This document shows, in pieces, positions 55,094 to 64,000 of a DNA stretch of 64,000 bases. Source of the stretch: an uncultured bacterium. Lineage in GTDB: Bacteria; Electryoneota; AABM5-125-24; Hatepunaeales; Hatepunaeaceae. Made by a program: the position numbers and the translations under genes. Each line of letters starts with the position of its first letter. Position 1 is the stretch's first letter. Under the pieces are notes generated by a model. That model worked only from the letters and a program-made list of their open reading frames with translations. It did no database searches and was not told where the DNA came from. The stretch is taken from NCBI GenBank assembly GCA_964387885.1, contig CAYLYZ010000016.1, positions 3,352-67,351 on the forward strand. The letters are read 5' to 3'.

Positions 55094-57436
55094 TTAACGT
55101 CTCCCCACCCGTACCGCAACCACCCAATTCCCATCCTCATCAATTTCATCATCATCTCCACCATAAAACGACTGACCCAGTTCGTAAACTGAGTTATCTA
55201 ACGTGAACGGGATTGTAATGCCGCGCTCGGTTATTTCGTGGATGGTAATTTTGCAGATGGTGCCGAAGTCGCCGAATTCGAGGTCTTCGTCCTGGTTAGT
55301 AGGATCTGGGGATGTTAGGGTGTACCAGCCGTCTTCTTCTTCTGTGATTGTCCAACCTTCACACAATCCCCCTCCGTTCTCGTTGGTTGGTGTGATGGTG
55401 ATTGGTTTATCTGTTTCGAGACTGAATTTGAATTCGTGGATGTAGCGGGGGATGTGCTCGCCCCATAGGAATACTTCGGCTTCCTCGTTCTGGATTACGG
55501 AAGGTGCACTGAAGGACATGATGCCTTTGATCGTTTCTCCGTAGATAAGGTTAGGATCTACGAGTTCCGTTAAGGGTGGATTGCTGGTTATGCCCTGATA
55601 GGTCACTGATACTCTTACGGAGAATATGTCGTCGACTGGTTCTTTCGGGGTGATGTAGCTGACCTTGTATTGGCCGCCGAGATCGGTGATTATCTGGTCG
55701 AAACGGTCTTCCAGAACATCAATATTCTCAGCATGGACATACGTACCGCCGGTCTGGTTGGCGATATTTTCCAACACGTCCTCGCGGTGAACCTGGCCGA
55801 CTCCGATGTTGTAGATGTGGACGTCGCGCTCATGAGCGAGGTTTATCAGGTCAATCGGCTGGTGAACACTGCTGTTGTCGAATCCATCGGATAAGAAAAC
55901 TAACGCCCGGATGTCATTTGGATCAGGATCCTGTGAGAATTGCTCAAGCCCGACGTATACTGCATCCCAGCAGATCGTGAAATCGCTGTAGAAATCGCTG
56001 TTTACGAACCTGTCTATGGCTCGCATTGCAGCTTGCTTATTGGTGGTGAAGGATTGCAGCACGTCCGGATCTTCCTGGGGACGGTGGAATTCGACAACTC
56101 CTATACGGTGAGTTTGCCCCATCTGATTGATGAGAGTTCGGGCTCCTTGAATCATCGTGTTAAAATCACTTTCCTGCTCCTTCATCGAAGCGGAGAAATC
56201 CAGCACCAGCATTATATCCATTTCGAAATCGGCAGCAGAGAATAAAAATGCATGGCTCTCAAGGTAGTCTATTTCGACATTATTCTCCCAGATTCGAACA
56301 GCATCCCATCCCAGATCATTCGGATCGAGCAGGACGGCGTGATTATTCTGGTCGCGCAACGAAAAGATAAATTGCACAGTGCTCGGAATCTGATGCGCAG
56401 GCTGAATATTCTGGAAATGAATTTCCGTCACAGGTTCCCATCCATGAGGAGGATCAAAGCGGATTGAATAGGCATCGTCAAATATCTGACTATTGGCTGC
56501 ATCCTGTACTTTGATCGAATACCCCCGGTCTGCAGTCAATCCAACGGAATTTGTCCATACATATCTGCCATCATCTTCATCATTAGATCTGTATCGAAAA
56601 TCGGTCACTATTACTTCTTCTAAAACATTATTGTAATATAGCTCAATATTAACAGAATCGCTGACTCCCCGGCTTGCTGACCATGTTATTGGCAGGTCAT
56701 CTCCGATATTAATGACGTCTCCATCGGATGGACTCAGGATTGTTATATAGGGCAGACTGATTCGGAAAAGGTCGGAAGATGCTGCCGTTTCAGGTTTGTT
56801 GGAATCTGTTATTATCAGTGTGTATCCTACGCCGGCATCGAGCTCGGTTGAAGGCACCCAGGTGTAATCCCCCGAGGTGGTATCATCCTCCCTGAAATGA
56901 TAATTACTGACAATTTCCTGCCTGAGAACGTCATTTAAGTAAAGGTCTATATCTACGGAGTCATCAACTCCCGGAGTTGCCGACCAGGATATAATTTCTT
57001 CATCAAGGATGGCGACAGTTGAATCGCGGGTTGGTTGTATTACGGTTATGCCCTGAATTTCGGCGTTGACTGCGAGGTCGTGGGTTCCTCCGTTTGACGA
57101 GACCTTAATTGTTCCTGTATTTTGCCCAACCACCAGGAATGTACGATCAATAGTAACATTTATACTATCTACTTCACCACTGCATTCACCGGAATCCGGA
57201 TTAATTGTAATCCACTCTTCTTCAACTTCAATCTCATATTTGAGCTTTTCGACACCTGATTTAAAAACACCATCGGTATCGCCAATGTTTCTAATGAAAA
57301 ACGATCCCTGTGTATCCTTAAGTCCAAAATCCATTTCCGCAGGAGTTACTTCAAGCCTCGGGCTTGCTTTTCCACATCCGAGAATAAAGATTGAAACTAA
57401 AAGCGTTAAAAGCATGCTGCAATAGCATCTTAACAT
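55094..57436 (-). CDS. lipoprotein with von Willebrand factor A (VWA) domain and repeated Ig-like/Kre9-like N-terminal modules
   Basis: GGAG RBS before the ATG at 57436. Lipobox FILGCGK. Two ~90-aa repeats (ISWSATPGVDDSVDIDLYLN / ITWSASRGVSDSVNIELYYN). MIDAS motif MLVLDFSASM. Confidence 0.7.
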   Translation of the reverse strand: MLRCYCSMLLTLLVSIFILGCGKASPRLEVTPAEMDFGLKDTQGSFFIRNIGDTDGVFKSGVEKLKYEIEVEEEWITINPDSGECSGEVDSINVTIDRTFLVVGQNTGTIKVSSNGGTHDLAVNAEIQGITVIQPTRDSTVAILDEEIISWSATPGVDDSVDIDLYLNDVLRQEIVSNYHFREDDTTSGDYTWVPSTELDAGVGYTLIITDSNKPETAASSDLFRISLPYITILSPSDGDVINIGDDLPITWSASRGVSDSVNIELYYNNVLEEVIVTDFRYRSNDEDDGRYVWTNSVGLTADRGYSIKVQDAANSQIFDDAYSIRFDPPHGWEPVTEIHFQNIQPAHQIPSTVQFIFSLRDQNNHAVLLDPNDLGWDAVRIWENNVEIDYLESHAFLFSAADFEMDIMLVLDFSASMKEQESDFNTMIQGARTLINQMGQTHRIGVVEFHRPQEDPDVLQSFTTNKQAAMRAIDRFVNSDFYSDFTICWDAVYVGLEQFSQDPDPNDIRALVFLSDGFDNSSVHQPIDLINLAHERDVHIYNIGVGQVHREDVLENIANQTGGTYVHAENIDVLEDRFDQIITDLGGQYKVSYITPKEPVDDIFSVRVSVTYQGITSNPPLTELVDPNLIYGETIKGIMSFSAPSVIQNEEAEVFLWGEHIPRYIHEFKFSLETDKPITITPTNENGGGLCEGWTITEEEDGWYTLTSPDPTNQDEDLEFGDFGTICKITIHEITERGITIPFTLDNSVYELGQSFYGGDDDEIDEDGNWVVAVRVGRR

Positions 57437-57818
57437 TTTGCTCTCCAAATGAATTAGTAATTGAACTTAAAGTATTGGTTTTCACAATCTTTCATGTTCA
57501 TGTGGATACGTAATTTATTAGAATATACTGAGACGAACATCGACAAACAAGCAAATAATTCTTGTATTATGTGGATTATCCACATCTTAAGCAGTTTATT
57601 CATCAGGATTGATTTACTTTTCGGGTATAACTCCCCGTCAATTTCTACCTGATTTCAGACGACTCATAATCTGGCAGGTTACAATCGTTCTGTTCAATTG
57701 AACCTAATCGGGAACAAAAGAGATTGCTTCACTTCGTTCTCAATGACGGAACTCTCGGAAAAATCCAAAAAACTGAAAAGCTCACCGGTACAAATCAGTG
57801 AGCTTTCTTGATTGTCAG

Positions 57819-57892
57819 TACGCCCATTAGGAATCGAACCTAAAACCTAGTGATTAAGAGTCACTTGCTCTGCCTGATTGAGCTATGGGCGC
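57819..57892 (-). tRNA. tRNA-Lys (anticodon CTT)
   Basis: Manual cloverleaf on the minus strand: GCGCCCA/TGGGCGT acceptor, GCTC/GAGC D stem, AGTGA-CTCTTAA-TCACT anticodon arm, TTAGG-TTCGATT-CCTAA T arm. 74 nt. Confidence 0.85.
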
Positions 57893-58044
57893 ATTCTTCA
57901 CATGAAGATTCAGGGAGAATCCTCAGTGCAAAGAATTACTAATATAATAACCGAATTTGGAAATGTCAAGAAGATTGAGATGAGTATTGGTATTGAAAAC
58001 GAAGTCTGACTCTTCAGTATTGCGTCCGGCTCATTTATATGAAT

Positions 58045-58722
58045 TTACTCTTCAAGGTTAATGCTGGTCGGACCCTTGATTTCATCAATTATTCTCTTTT
58101 TCCCGGTTCTTTTCTCCCATTCCTGTCTGGCAGCGAATGCTGACCTGCGAATGTCTGCGGGTCCAAGACCTATCCGCAAACCAATATCGTCAACTGTTCG
58201 TCGCTCCTCAAACTCGATATCATGCAGGTATGCAAGCATATAGATGGCATCAATAAATTGCCTGATTTGTGAGCGATTCATGTTTGCCTTCAGAAGGTGA
58301 CAATTGTTCTTGATGTTTATGGTGCTGACATCAACGGTTTCAAATAATTCAAAAAACTCTTCACACTGTTCATCGGTTGTGACTTTTGGCAGGATATTTT
58401 CAATGTACTTGTTAACAAATTCCTTTTCTTCATCACTTACATCACCGTCTTTTTCGCACACAAGTCGCATCATTTCAATTATTTGTGGGTAGATTTTCAA
58501 GTCATTGACTTTCTGAATTTCCTCTGACGCCAATCCCTCTGTCGATAGTCTATCGAGTGCCACTAAAGGTGCCTCATCATCAAGTGTGGGCATTATTTTA
58601 CGACGCATTGTAATATCACGCCAGGGTCGAAATGTGATAATAGATAGAAATCCCCCTATCAATTCCCAAATTCGCCAGGTGCGGCTTTCCTTTTCTTTAT
58701 CAAATTCTTTTATTTTAGCCAT
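58045..58722 (-). CDS. TerB-like-domain protein (tentative), paralog B
   Basis: KDGDVSDEEKEFVNKYIENIL plus a C-terminal helix pair shared with the upstream paralog (FIDAIYMLAYLHDI...RRSAFAARQ). The ATG at 58722 overlaps the upstream stop. Confidence 0.35.
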   Translation of the reverse strand: MAKIKEFDKEKESRTWRIWELIGGFLSIITFRPWRDITMRRKIMPTLDDEAPLVALDRLSTEGLASEEIQKVNDLKIYPQIIEMMRLVCEKDGDVSDEEKEFVNKYIENILPKVTTDEQCEEFFELFETVDVSTINIKNNCHLLKANMNRSQIRQFIDAIYMLAYLHDIEFEERRTVDDIGLRIGLGPADIRRSAFAARQEWEKRTGKKRIIDEIKGPTSINLEE

Positions 58723-59284
58723 TTTCACCCTCTACAGATGATTGATCAGATGATTCGACCAACTTTTTTGCAGCGAATGCTGCCTGTCGCATTTCTGTTG
58801 CGCGAATATTTAAAAACTGACCGACATCCTGAAAAACTATTTGCATTTTCTGATTAATTCCGTGGAAATATGCAAGTTGATACAAAACATCAATAAACTG
58901 TCCCATCTTGTTAGGTCTTGATCTGGTTTTGAATAGCTGACAGCATTCTTTCAATCTCAAGTTGGTAGTATCAAGATTTTTGAAGTACTCGATAAATTGG
59001 TCTTTTTGGTCAGCTGTTATTTCAGGAGCAAGTACGGATTCAAGGTGGGCTCGTACGATTGAAATTTCTTCCTCAATGACCTCTCCTTCCGGAATAACCA
59101 CAACTCGCATCAATCGAAGCATGGCTTCAACTTCATCTTCGTGATGAATTGGAATCGCTTTCTCTTTGGTAATCCCGTGTTTTATCAGACTTTCAAACTG
59201 GATAGCCTTGGAAGATATGTCAAATTGAGCTCCGAAAGTTCCCTTTCCAATCTTCGGCGGCTTTTTATTATTACTTACAACCAT
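58715..59284 (-). CDS. TerB-like-domain protein (tentative), paralog A
   Basis: GGAGG RBS before the ATG at 59284. Same architecture as paralog B (EGEVIEEEISIVRAHLES..., FIDVLYQLAYFHGI...RQAAFAAKK). Confidence 0.35.
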   Translation of the reverse strand: MVVSNNKKPPKIGKGTFGAQFDISSKAIQFESLIKHGITKEKAIPIHHEDEVEAMLRLMRVVVIPEGEVIEEEISIVRAHLESVLAPEITADQKDQFIEYFKNLDTTNLRLKECCQLFKTRSRPNKMGQFIDVLYQLAYFHGINQKMQIVFQDVGQFLNIRATEMRQAAFAAKKLVESSDQSSVEGENG

Positions 59285-59370
59285 CGATCCTCCTTTAAGC
59301 TCTGACATTAAAAGGAACTTCAATTTCAAAAAGTATCGATCACATCAACCTGGTAAACTCTAATTGTAAT

Positions 59371-60051
59371 TTATCCATTCAATTCTGAAATTATGTTAAG
59401 AAGTTGTGAAATGTCTTCTATTTCGTACATTGCTCCCGATCTGTCCAAATCATGTAATGCACCATACCGTGCAAATACAGTTTTTATCCCTACATTATTA
59501 GCACCTGCTATGTCACGTTCCGGCCAATCACCCAGCATCAATGCTTCAGAAGCGTCAATTTTAAATGTTTGCAATGCTAAATGAAAGGGCTTTGGAGACG
59601 GTTTCGGTTCACCGGTTTCTTCTGTGGTTATTACGGTATCGAAATAATTATGCAGATTCAGGTAACAGAGCCGCAACCAAACCTGCTTTACCGGTGCATC
59701 AGAAATTACTGCGAGTTTAATTCCATTTTTGACTAATTTCATCAGTGTTGCGGTGACATGCGGATAGAGCACCAATGTTGCTTCCCGTGCTCTTCTATAT
59801 GCAACAACTGCCGCTGCGAGAATTTTGTGGTTTATTACGCCATAGTGAGCCTTCAGAAAGTGATCGAATACAGTTTGATATTCAATTCCTTCTTCGTCAT
59901 AGATGCTCATTATCGAATCGTATGTCTCTTTATATGTCATTTCATGCCCCGCATCGAGCATAGCTGCTACAGCAGCCTTTACGGCTTCTTTTTTCATCCG
60001 CATAAAATCAACGAGAGTATTGTCGAGATCGAAAAAAACAGCTTTTATCAT
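59371..60051 (-). CDS. HAD-superfamily hydrolase
   Basis: Motif I is AVFFDLDNTLVD. Motif II is LAVISDA. Motif IV is MLGDWPERDIAGANNVG. Confidence 0.8.
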   Translation of the reverse strand: MIKAVFFDLDNTLVDFMRMKKEAVKAAVAAMLDAGHEMTYKETYDSIMSIYDEEGIEYQTVFDHFLKAHYGVINHKILAAAVVAYRRAREATLVLYPHVTATLMKLVKNGIKLAVISDAPVKQVWLRLCYLNLHNYFDTVITTEETGEPKPSPKPFHLALQTFKIDASEALMLGDWPERDIAGANNVGIKTVFARYGALHDLDRSGAMYEIEDISQLLNIISELNG

Positions 60052-62315
60052 AGTTTGCCCAATCTTCTGTGCTTTTTACATGTAGTTAACGGCTGAGCGT
60101 CCTGTCTGAAAACTTCTTCAACCTTTACCGGACAGTAAGGTGTCGCAATTTCCTTAGTTTCGTCACATATGCTTATACGCACAATGCCCGGTGGCATTTC
60201 AAATGAAACATCTTTCCAGCCTGTGGAATCGTAAACTGATTTCATAAACTTTGCCCAAATCGGTAGTGCAGCCCTTGAACCTGTCTGCCCATGTCCCAAG
60301 CTTTCGGAGGGATCATCCAATCCGATCCAGACACCACAGACTAACCTAGGAGTGAATCCGATAAACCAAGCATCTGTGTAATCATTCGTTGTTCCGGTTT
60401 TACCAGCAGCAGTATTAAAGAACTTATATTTCCATCGTGCCGAACCACCGGTTCCCCTGTTAATAGCTGTAGCCAGCATATCTGTTATAATATAGGATGT
60501 TTCGGCTGACAGCGCTACTTCACGCTTGGGAGGATATTCACTTATAACTTCACCAAAACGATCCGAAACTGAGATCAGACTTCGTGGAGTAGCTAAGATT
60601 CCACCTGCTCCAAGTGCTCCAAATGCAGATGTCACTTCAATTGGGTAAACACCGGAAGCTCCAAGAGCGATGGCATCAACAGCGGAAATTGAGGTAGATA
60701 TTCCGAGCTGACGTGCATATCTGACTACCATAGATGGTGGAACGACCTCCTGAACCAATCTCACGGAAACGAGATTCAGGGAATTCTTGAGTGCATCACG
60801 CAAAGTAGTTAATCCCCCGTGCGATAGGTCATAATTCTGCGGAACCCACCTCGTGCCGTCCGGGTTCGTTATCACGACATCCTGATTCAATAACTGGAAG
60901 CTGGGAGGATAACCATTATCAATTGCAGCAATGTAGGAGAAGGGCTTAAATATAGAACCGGGCTGCCTGACAGCTTGGATCACCCGGTTAAATTTTGAAT
61001 TTACAAAATCCCTCCCCCCAACCATCACAAGGATATCTCCCGTTTCCGGTTCGATACCGACCAGGGCAACCTGCACTATTGATCTTGTTGGAAACAGTGA
61101 ATCGATTCTTGCACTATCCGGGAGGAAATCCTCCAGATCAAGCAGGGATTTACCTTCTTCATCAAGAGCCATCGAATCGTAAAGCGCTACCGCGAGTTCA
61201 TCAAGTGATCTCGCAATAAATCGGTTCCTGTAAGCTGACTGGAAAGTAGAAAGATGATCTGTGATAGCGGATTCTGCAAGAAGTTGAAGGTCTGCTCTTA
61301 AAGTTGTGCGTACCGTTATTCCATCTTCGAGATAATCAAAACCGAACTTTTTGCCTTCATCTGATAATTTCTGACGGATCATCTCGGTGAAATATGGTCC
61401 TATGCCATAGTCATTTATCGAACTCTGTCGTGGAATGAGTTCAATCGGAGTTTCAATTGCTGAAATGTACTGATTACGTGAGATTTTATCCTGGTTAAGC
61501 ATTAATTTCAGTACGAGATTTCGGCGTTTTAGCGCTCTCTCAGGATGAAAACGCGGTGAGTATCTCGACGGTGCTTTTGGAAGCGCAGCGAGGAGCGCAG
61601 ATTCTGCAAGTGAAAGCTCTTCCACGGTACTCCCAAAATACTTCTGAGCTGCTGATCCTATCCCATACGCACCATGCCCGAAGTAAATTTGGGTCAGGTA
61701 CATTTCGAGGATTTCATGCTTTGAATAGTTGTGTTCTATATCGAGAGCAGTAAGAACTTCCCTGATCTTCCTTGCGAATGTCTGCCGTTTATGTAAATAG
61801 AGATCACGCGCCAGTTGTTGAGTAATTGTAGATGCTCCCTGACGCACACTGAAGGTTGAAATATTGATTACAGCAGCACTTACAACCCGGATTATATCCA
61901 TCCCCCAGTGATCATGGAAACGCCTGTCTTCAGTTGCAAGAATTGCGTTTATCGTATGCTCGGGAACTCTATCGAGAGGTACCATAAGACGACGTTGAGT
62001 ATATAACTCTGTCAGCAGCACTTCGTTCTGGTCGAGAATGCGTGTAGTAAGGCGAGGTTCATAATTCTTCAGGTTGTCAAGATCTGGCAAGTCAACCGAG
62101 AGGGCATACAGCAGCGCTCCCACTCCACTGATTATAACCATTCCTGAAATTAAACCTACCCATATCATCCGTATAAAATCATTAGGTCCGAACAGGTTCC
62201 AGATGTCATTTGCCAATCTGAAACAGAAACGGAAGAATAGGGGCAGTCTAAGATACCGCCAGGTTCTTACCGGGGATGTAAGGATTTTTTTGAGCAAAAT
62301 CAAATCTGCAGACAA
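60048..62315 (-). CDS. class A penicillin-binding protein (PBP1A-type transglycosylase/transpeptidase)
   Basis: GT51 motifs are ATEDRRFHDHWG and GASTITQQLAR. Transpeptidase motifs are SIFKP (SxxK), SLN and KTGTT. Confidence 0.9.
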   Translation of the reverse strand: MSADLILLKKILTSPVRTWRYLRLPLFFRFCFRLANDIWNLFGPNDFIRMIWVGLISGMVIISGVGALLYALSVDLPDLDNLKNYEPRLTTRILDQNEVLLTELYTQRRLMVPLDRVPEHTINAILATEDRRFHDHWGMDIIRVVSAAVINISTFSVRQGASTITQQLARDLYLHKRQTFARKIREVLTALDIEHNYSKHEILEMYLTQIYFGHGAYGIGSAAQKYFGSTVEELSLAESALLAALPKAPSRYSPRFHPERALKRRNLVLKLMLNQDKISRNQYISAIETPIELIPRQSSINDYGIGPYFTEMIRQKLSDEGKKFGFDYLEDGITVRTTLRADLQLLAESAITDHLSTFQSAYRNRFIARSLDELAVALYDSMALDEEGKSLLDLEDFLPDSARIDSLFPTRSIVQVALVGIEPETGDILVMVGGRDFVNSKFNRVIQAVRQPGSIFKPFSYIAAIDNGYPPSFQLLNQDVVITNPDGTRWVPQNYDLSHGGLTTLRDALKNSLNLVSVRLVQEVVPPSMVVRYARQLGISTSISAVDAIALGASGVYPIEVTSAFGALGAGGILATPRSLISVSDRFGEVISEYPPKREVALSAETSYIITDMLATAINRGTGGSARWKYKFFNTAAGKTGTTNDYTDAWFIGFTPRLVCGVWIGLDDPSESLGHGQTGSRAALPIWAKFMKSVYDSTGWKDVSFEMPPGIVRISICDETKEIATPYCPVKVEEVFRQDAQPLTTCKKHRRLGKL

Positions 62316-63136
62316 TTAAACGAATACCTAAAAATGCAATTAAAAGATAACACAAGCGATTCTCAATGTCAATGGAAGGATTTATTGGGGGATTGGAGTG
62401 GGGTTTTGAGGGAGTTATTATCATCAGAGATCGAGGTAGTGCCGGAATTCTCATACTTACTCAAAGGTTATCCTTGAGACACAATCTGCTTTGGCATTCA
62501 AGGATTCCGTACTAAAAATTCTCTTGCAAGTCATGAGCTAAATCCGGTCTGTATTTTGTTAAAATCCGCAGATCCGAAGAATTATCCATATCAATTGGAA
62601 ATGGTTCGTCGTGTTCAAAAGTGAAAACCACAGGTGAGTTCTAGAAATGTGGCATTTTGGTCTTGACATTGTGGGCGGTAGGGTTGTACATTAGCCAATA
62701 GTTTAACGTCTTGTAGTTGGGTTTTGCAGATCATTATTAGTTTAAGTGGTCAAGTACAACCACACATGTATCGATAAAAGGAGGTCTGCCATTTCATAAT
62801 CTGTGCGATAAAGATCGGAACACTCTTGTCATATATTTAGACGAAGGTTGAGATTGTTAAATGATTTTTCGAAGTTTGAAGACAGCTGGTGGATTGTGGG
62901 GAGACTGTATAATGGGCGGAGTGGAACATGATAATTGTTGTATTATTTTAACCCCTGGATTAGAAGGTTTTCGGGATTTCTAATCATTGAATTTTAGATT
63001 AGATACCAAATATAACTTGGCTCGAGGTTTGGATACTCCAAACTGCTTTCGATAGCCTTATATGGTTGAGTTCTTCTCTTTTGAATGTCTTTGAGATAAG
63101 TTATTCGGGATGAAGACTGAAAACTGGAGTTTAAAT

Positions 63137-63853
63137 ATGCGAGAAACAACCGTAAGGGGAGATAGAAATAGGGAACTATTGAGTCAGACAGTTCGCGGAA
63201 TTATTTTCGATTGTGATGGTGTCTTGGTAATGAACACTAATGAAATCTACGATGAGGCTTTAACGTTAGCAGTTAGATCCTTTAAAAGCGAGTTTTCAGA
63301 TATAGAACTTAAAGATTTGAAGTCTTCAACACGAGGTAAAACATTCCACTACCAATTAGAGAAAATCCTTGGGATCAGACATCCGCATCTTGGTGATGCT
63401 GTTCAGCAATATGAAAAATATCTCCATTCGGATAACATATTTAACCGAATTTCTTTATTAGAAGGAACTGATCAAGTATTAATGACACTTAAGCACGAAG
63501 GTTACGTTTTAGCTATGGCAACAGGGATGAATCCATCATTACTTACTCGACTTTTTCGAGAAAAAATCTTACCTAATGATATTTTTGAACATATTGGAAG
63601 TATTCACGATATTTCTAATCCAGAACTACAAAAACCTCATCCTAAAATCTTGTTGGATTTGTTATCATCATTAAAACTCTCACCAGAACAAGTTGCTTAC
63701 ATAGGAGATACAGAGGATGATATCATTATGGCAAGACGGAGTCGAATATTCTCAATTGCGGTACTTACCGGACGACTCAATGAGTCACATGCCAAGACCA
63801 TTGGTGCTGATTTAATTCTTACTTCAGTATTGGAATTACCAAAATGGATTTGA
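63137..63853 (+). CDS. HAD-superfamily hydrolase (phosphoglycolate phosphatase-like)
   Basis: GGAG RBS before the ATG at 63137. Motif I is GIIFDCDGVLV. Motif IV is YIGDTEDDIIMARRS. Confidence 0.75.
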   Translation: MRETTVRGDRNRELLSQTVRGIIFDCDGVLVMNTNEIYDEALTLAVRSFKSEFSDIELKDLKSSTRGKTFHYQLEKILGIRHPHLGDAVQQYEKYLHSDNIFNRISLLEGTDQVLMTLKHEGYVLAMATGMNPSLLTRLFREKILPNDIFEHIGSIHDISNPELQKPHPKILLDLLSSLKLSPEQVAYIGDTEDDIIMARRSRIFSIAVLTGRLNESHAKTIGADLILTSVLELPKWI

Positions 63854-64000
63854 ATGACTGTAATCGATCTCTAAATGGTTATCTCTCTGAGTTATCGTGT
63901 GTCCCACAAGCTCTTGAGCGGTTATGTCGATATTGTGAGAATGATGGAGAACCTTTATTCAAAGACGTTGCGAGTCAAATCAGGATTTGTTCAGATATAT
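63844..64000 (+). CDS. partial ORF (5-prime end only), possibly a SIS-domain sugar isomerase/aminotransferase-like protein
   Basis: The ATG at 63844 overlaps the upstream stop, and the frame is open to the window edge (MDLNDCNRSLNGYLSELSCVPQALERL...). The family guess rests only on the E..xxPxAL start pattern. Confidence 0.25.
   Translation, partial: MDLNDCNRSLNGYLSELSCVPQALERLCRYCENDGEPLFKDVASQIRICSDI

Overview
This 64-kb contig looks like an uncultivated, moderately AT-rich bacterium. Six predicted secreted proteins end in the Por/T9SS C-terminal sorting motif (NPFNSST...), which suggests, but does not prove, the FCB superphylum. Most genes are housekeeping: trpS, glnS, hflX, a eukaryote-type citrate synthase, a class A PBP, acyl-CoA metabolism, LPS/O-antigen genes, an ABC-2 exporter, a lysine aminotransferase-like enzyme, tRNA-Met and tRNA-Lys.

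Three features stand out.

(1) Three accessory modules look like NTPase-plus-effector conflict or defence systems; spot counts show two of them (b, c) to be AT-rich.
- (a) 1461-3217: an ABC/AAA_21-type ATPase followed by a PIN-like ORF with no start codon. That ORF's frame is reachable only through an A_AAA_AAG -1 slippery heptamer.
- (b) 18187-21540: a 1117-aa fusion of a calcineurin-like phosphoesterase domain, whose metal-ligand motifs look degenerate, to a KAP-family P-loop NTPase with a transmembrane hairpin inserted between Walker A and Walker B. The segment is bracketed by inverted repeats.
- (c) 35290-36983: a translationally coupled ABC-type ATPase plus a small Toprim-like/DUF3226-like partner (PARIS/AbiL/OLD logic).

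(2) Almost every intergenic space carries short palindromic REP-like elements from several families. Many have a GTAGG head. A REP-associated tyrosine transposase (RAYT) gene at 52619-53128 contains an in-frame REP copy and sits beside a truncated duplicate whose breakpoint is at that REP.

(3) A 1.5-kb non-coding stretch (15762-17255) contains a duplicated module with a near-consensus promoter and GTGACG iterons.

All calls come from reading the translations and the DNA by eye. No database search was run.
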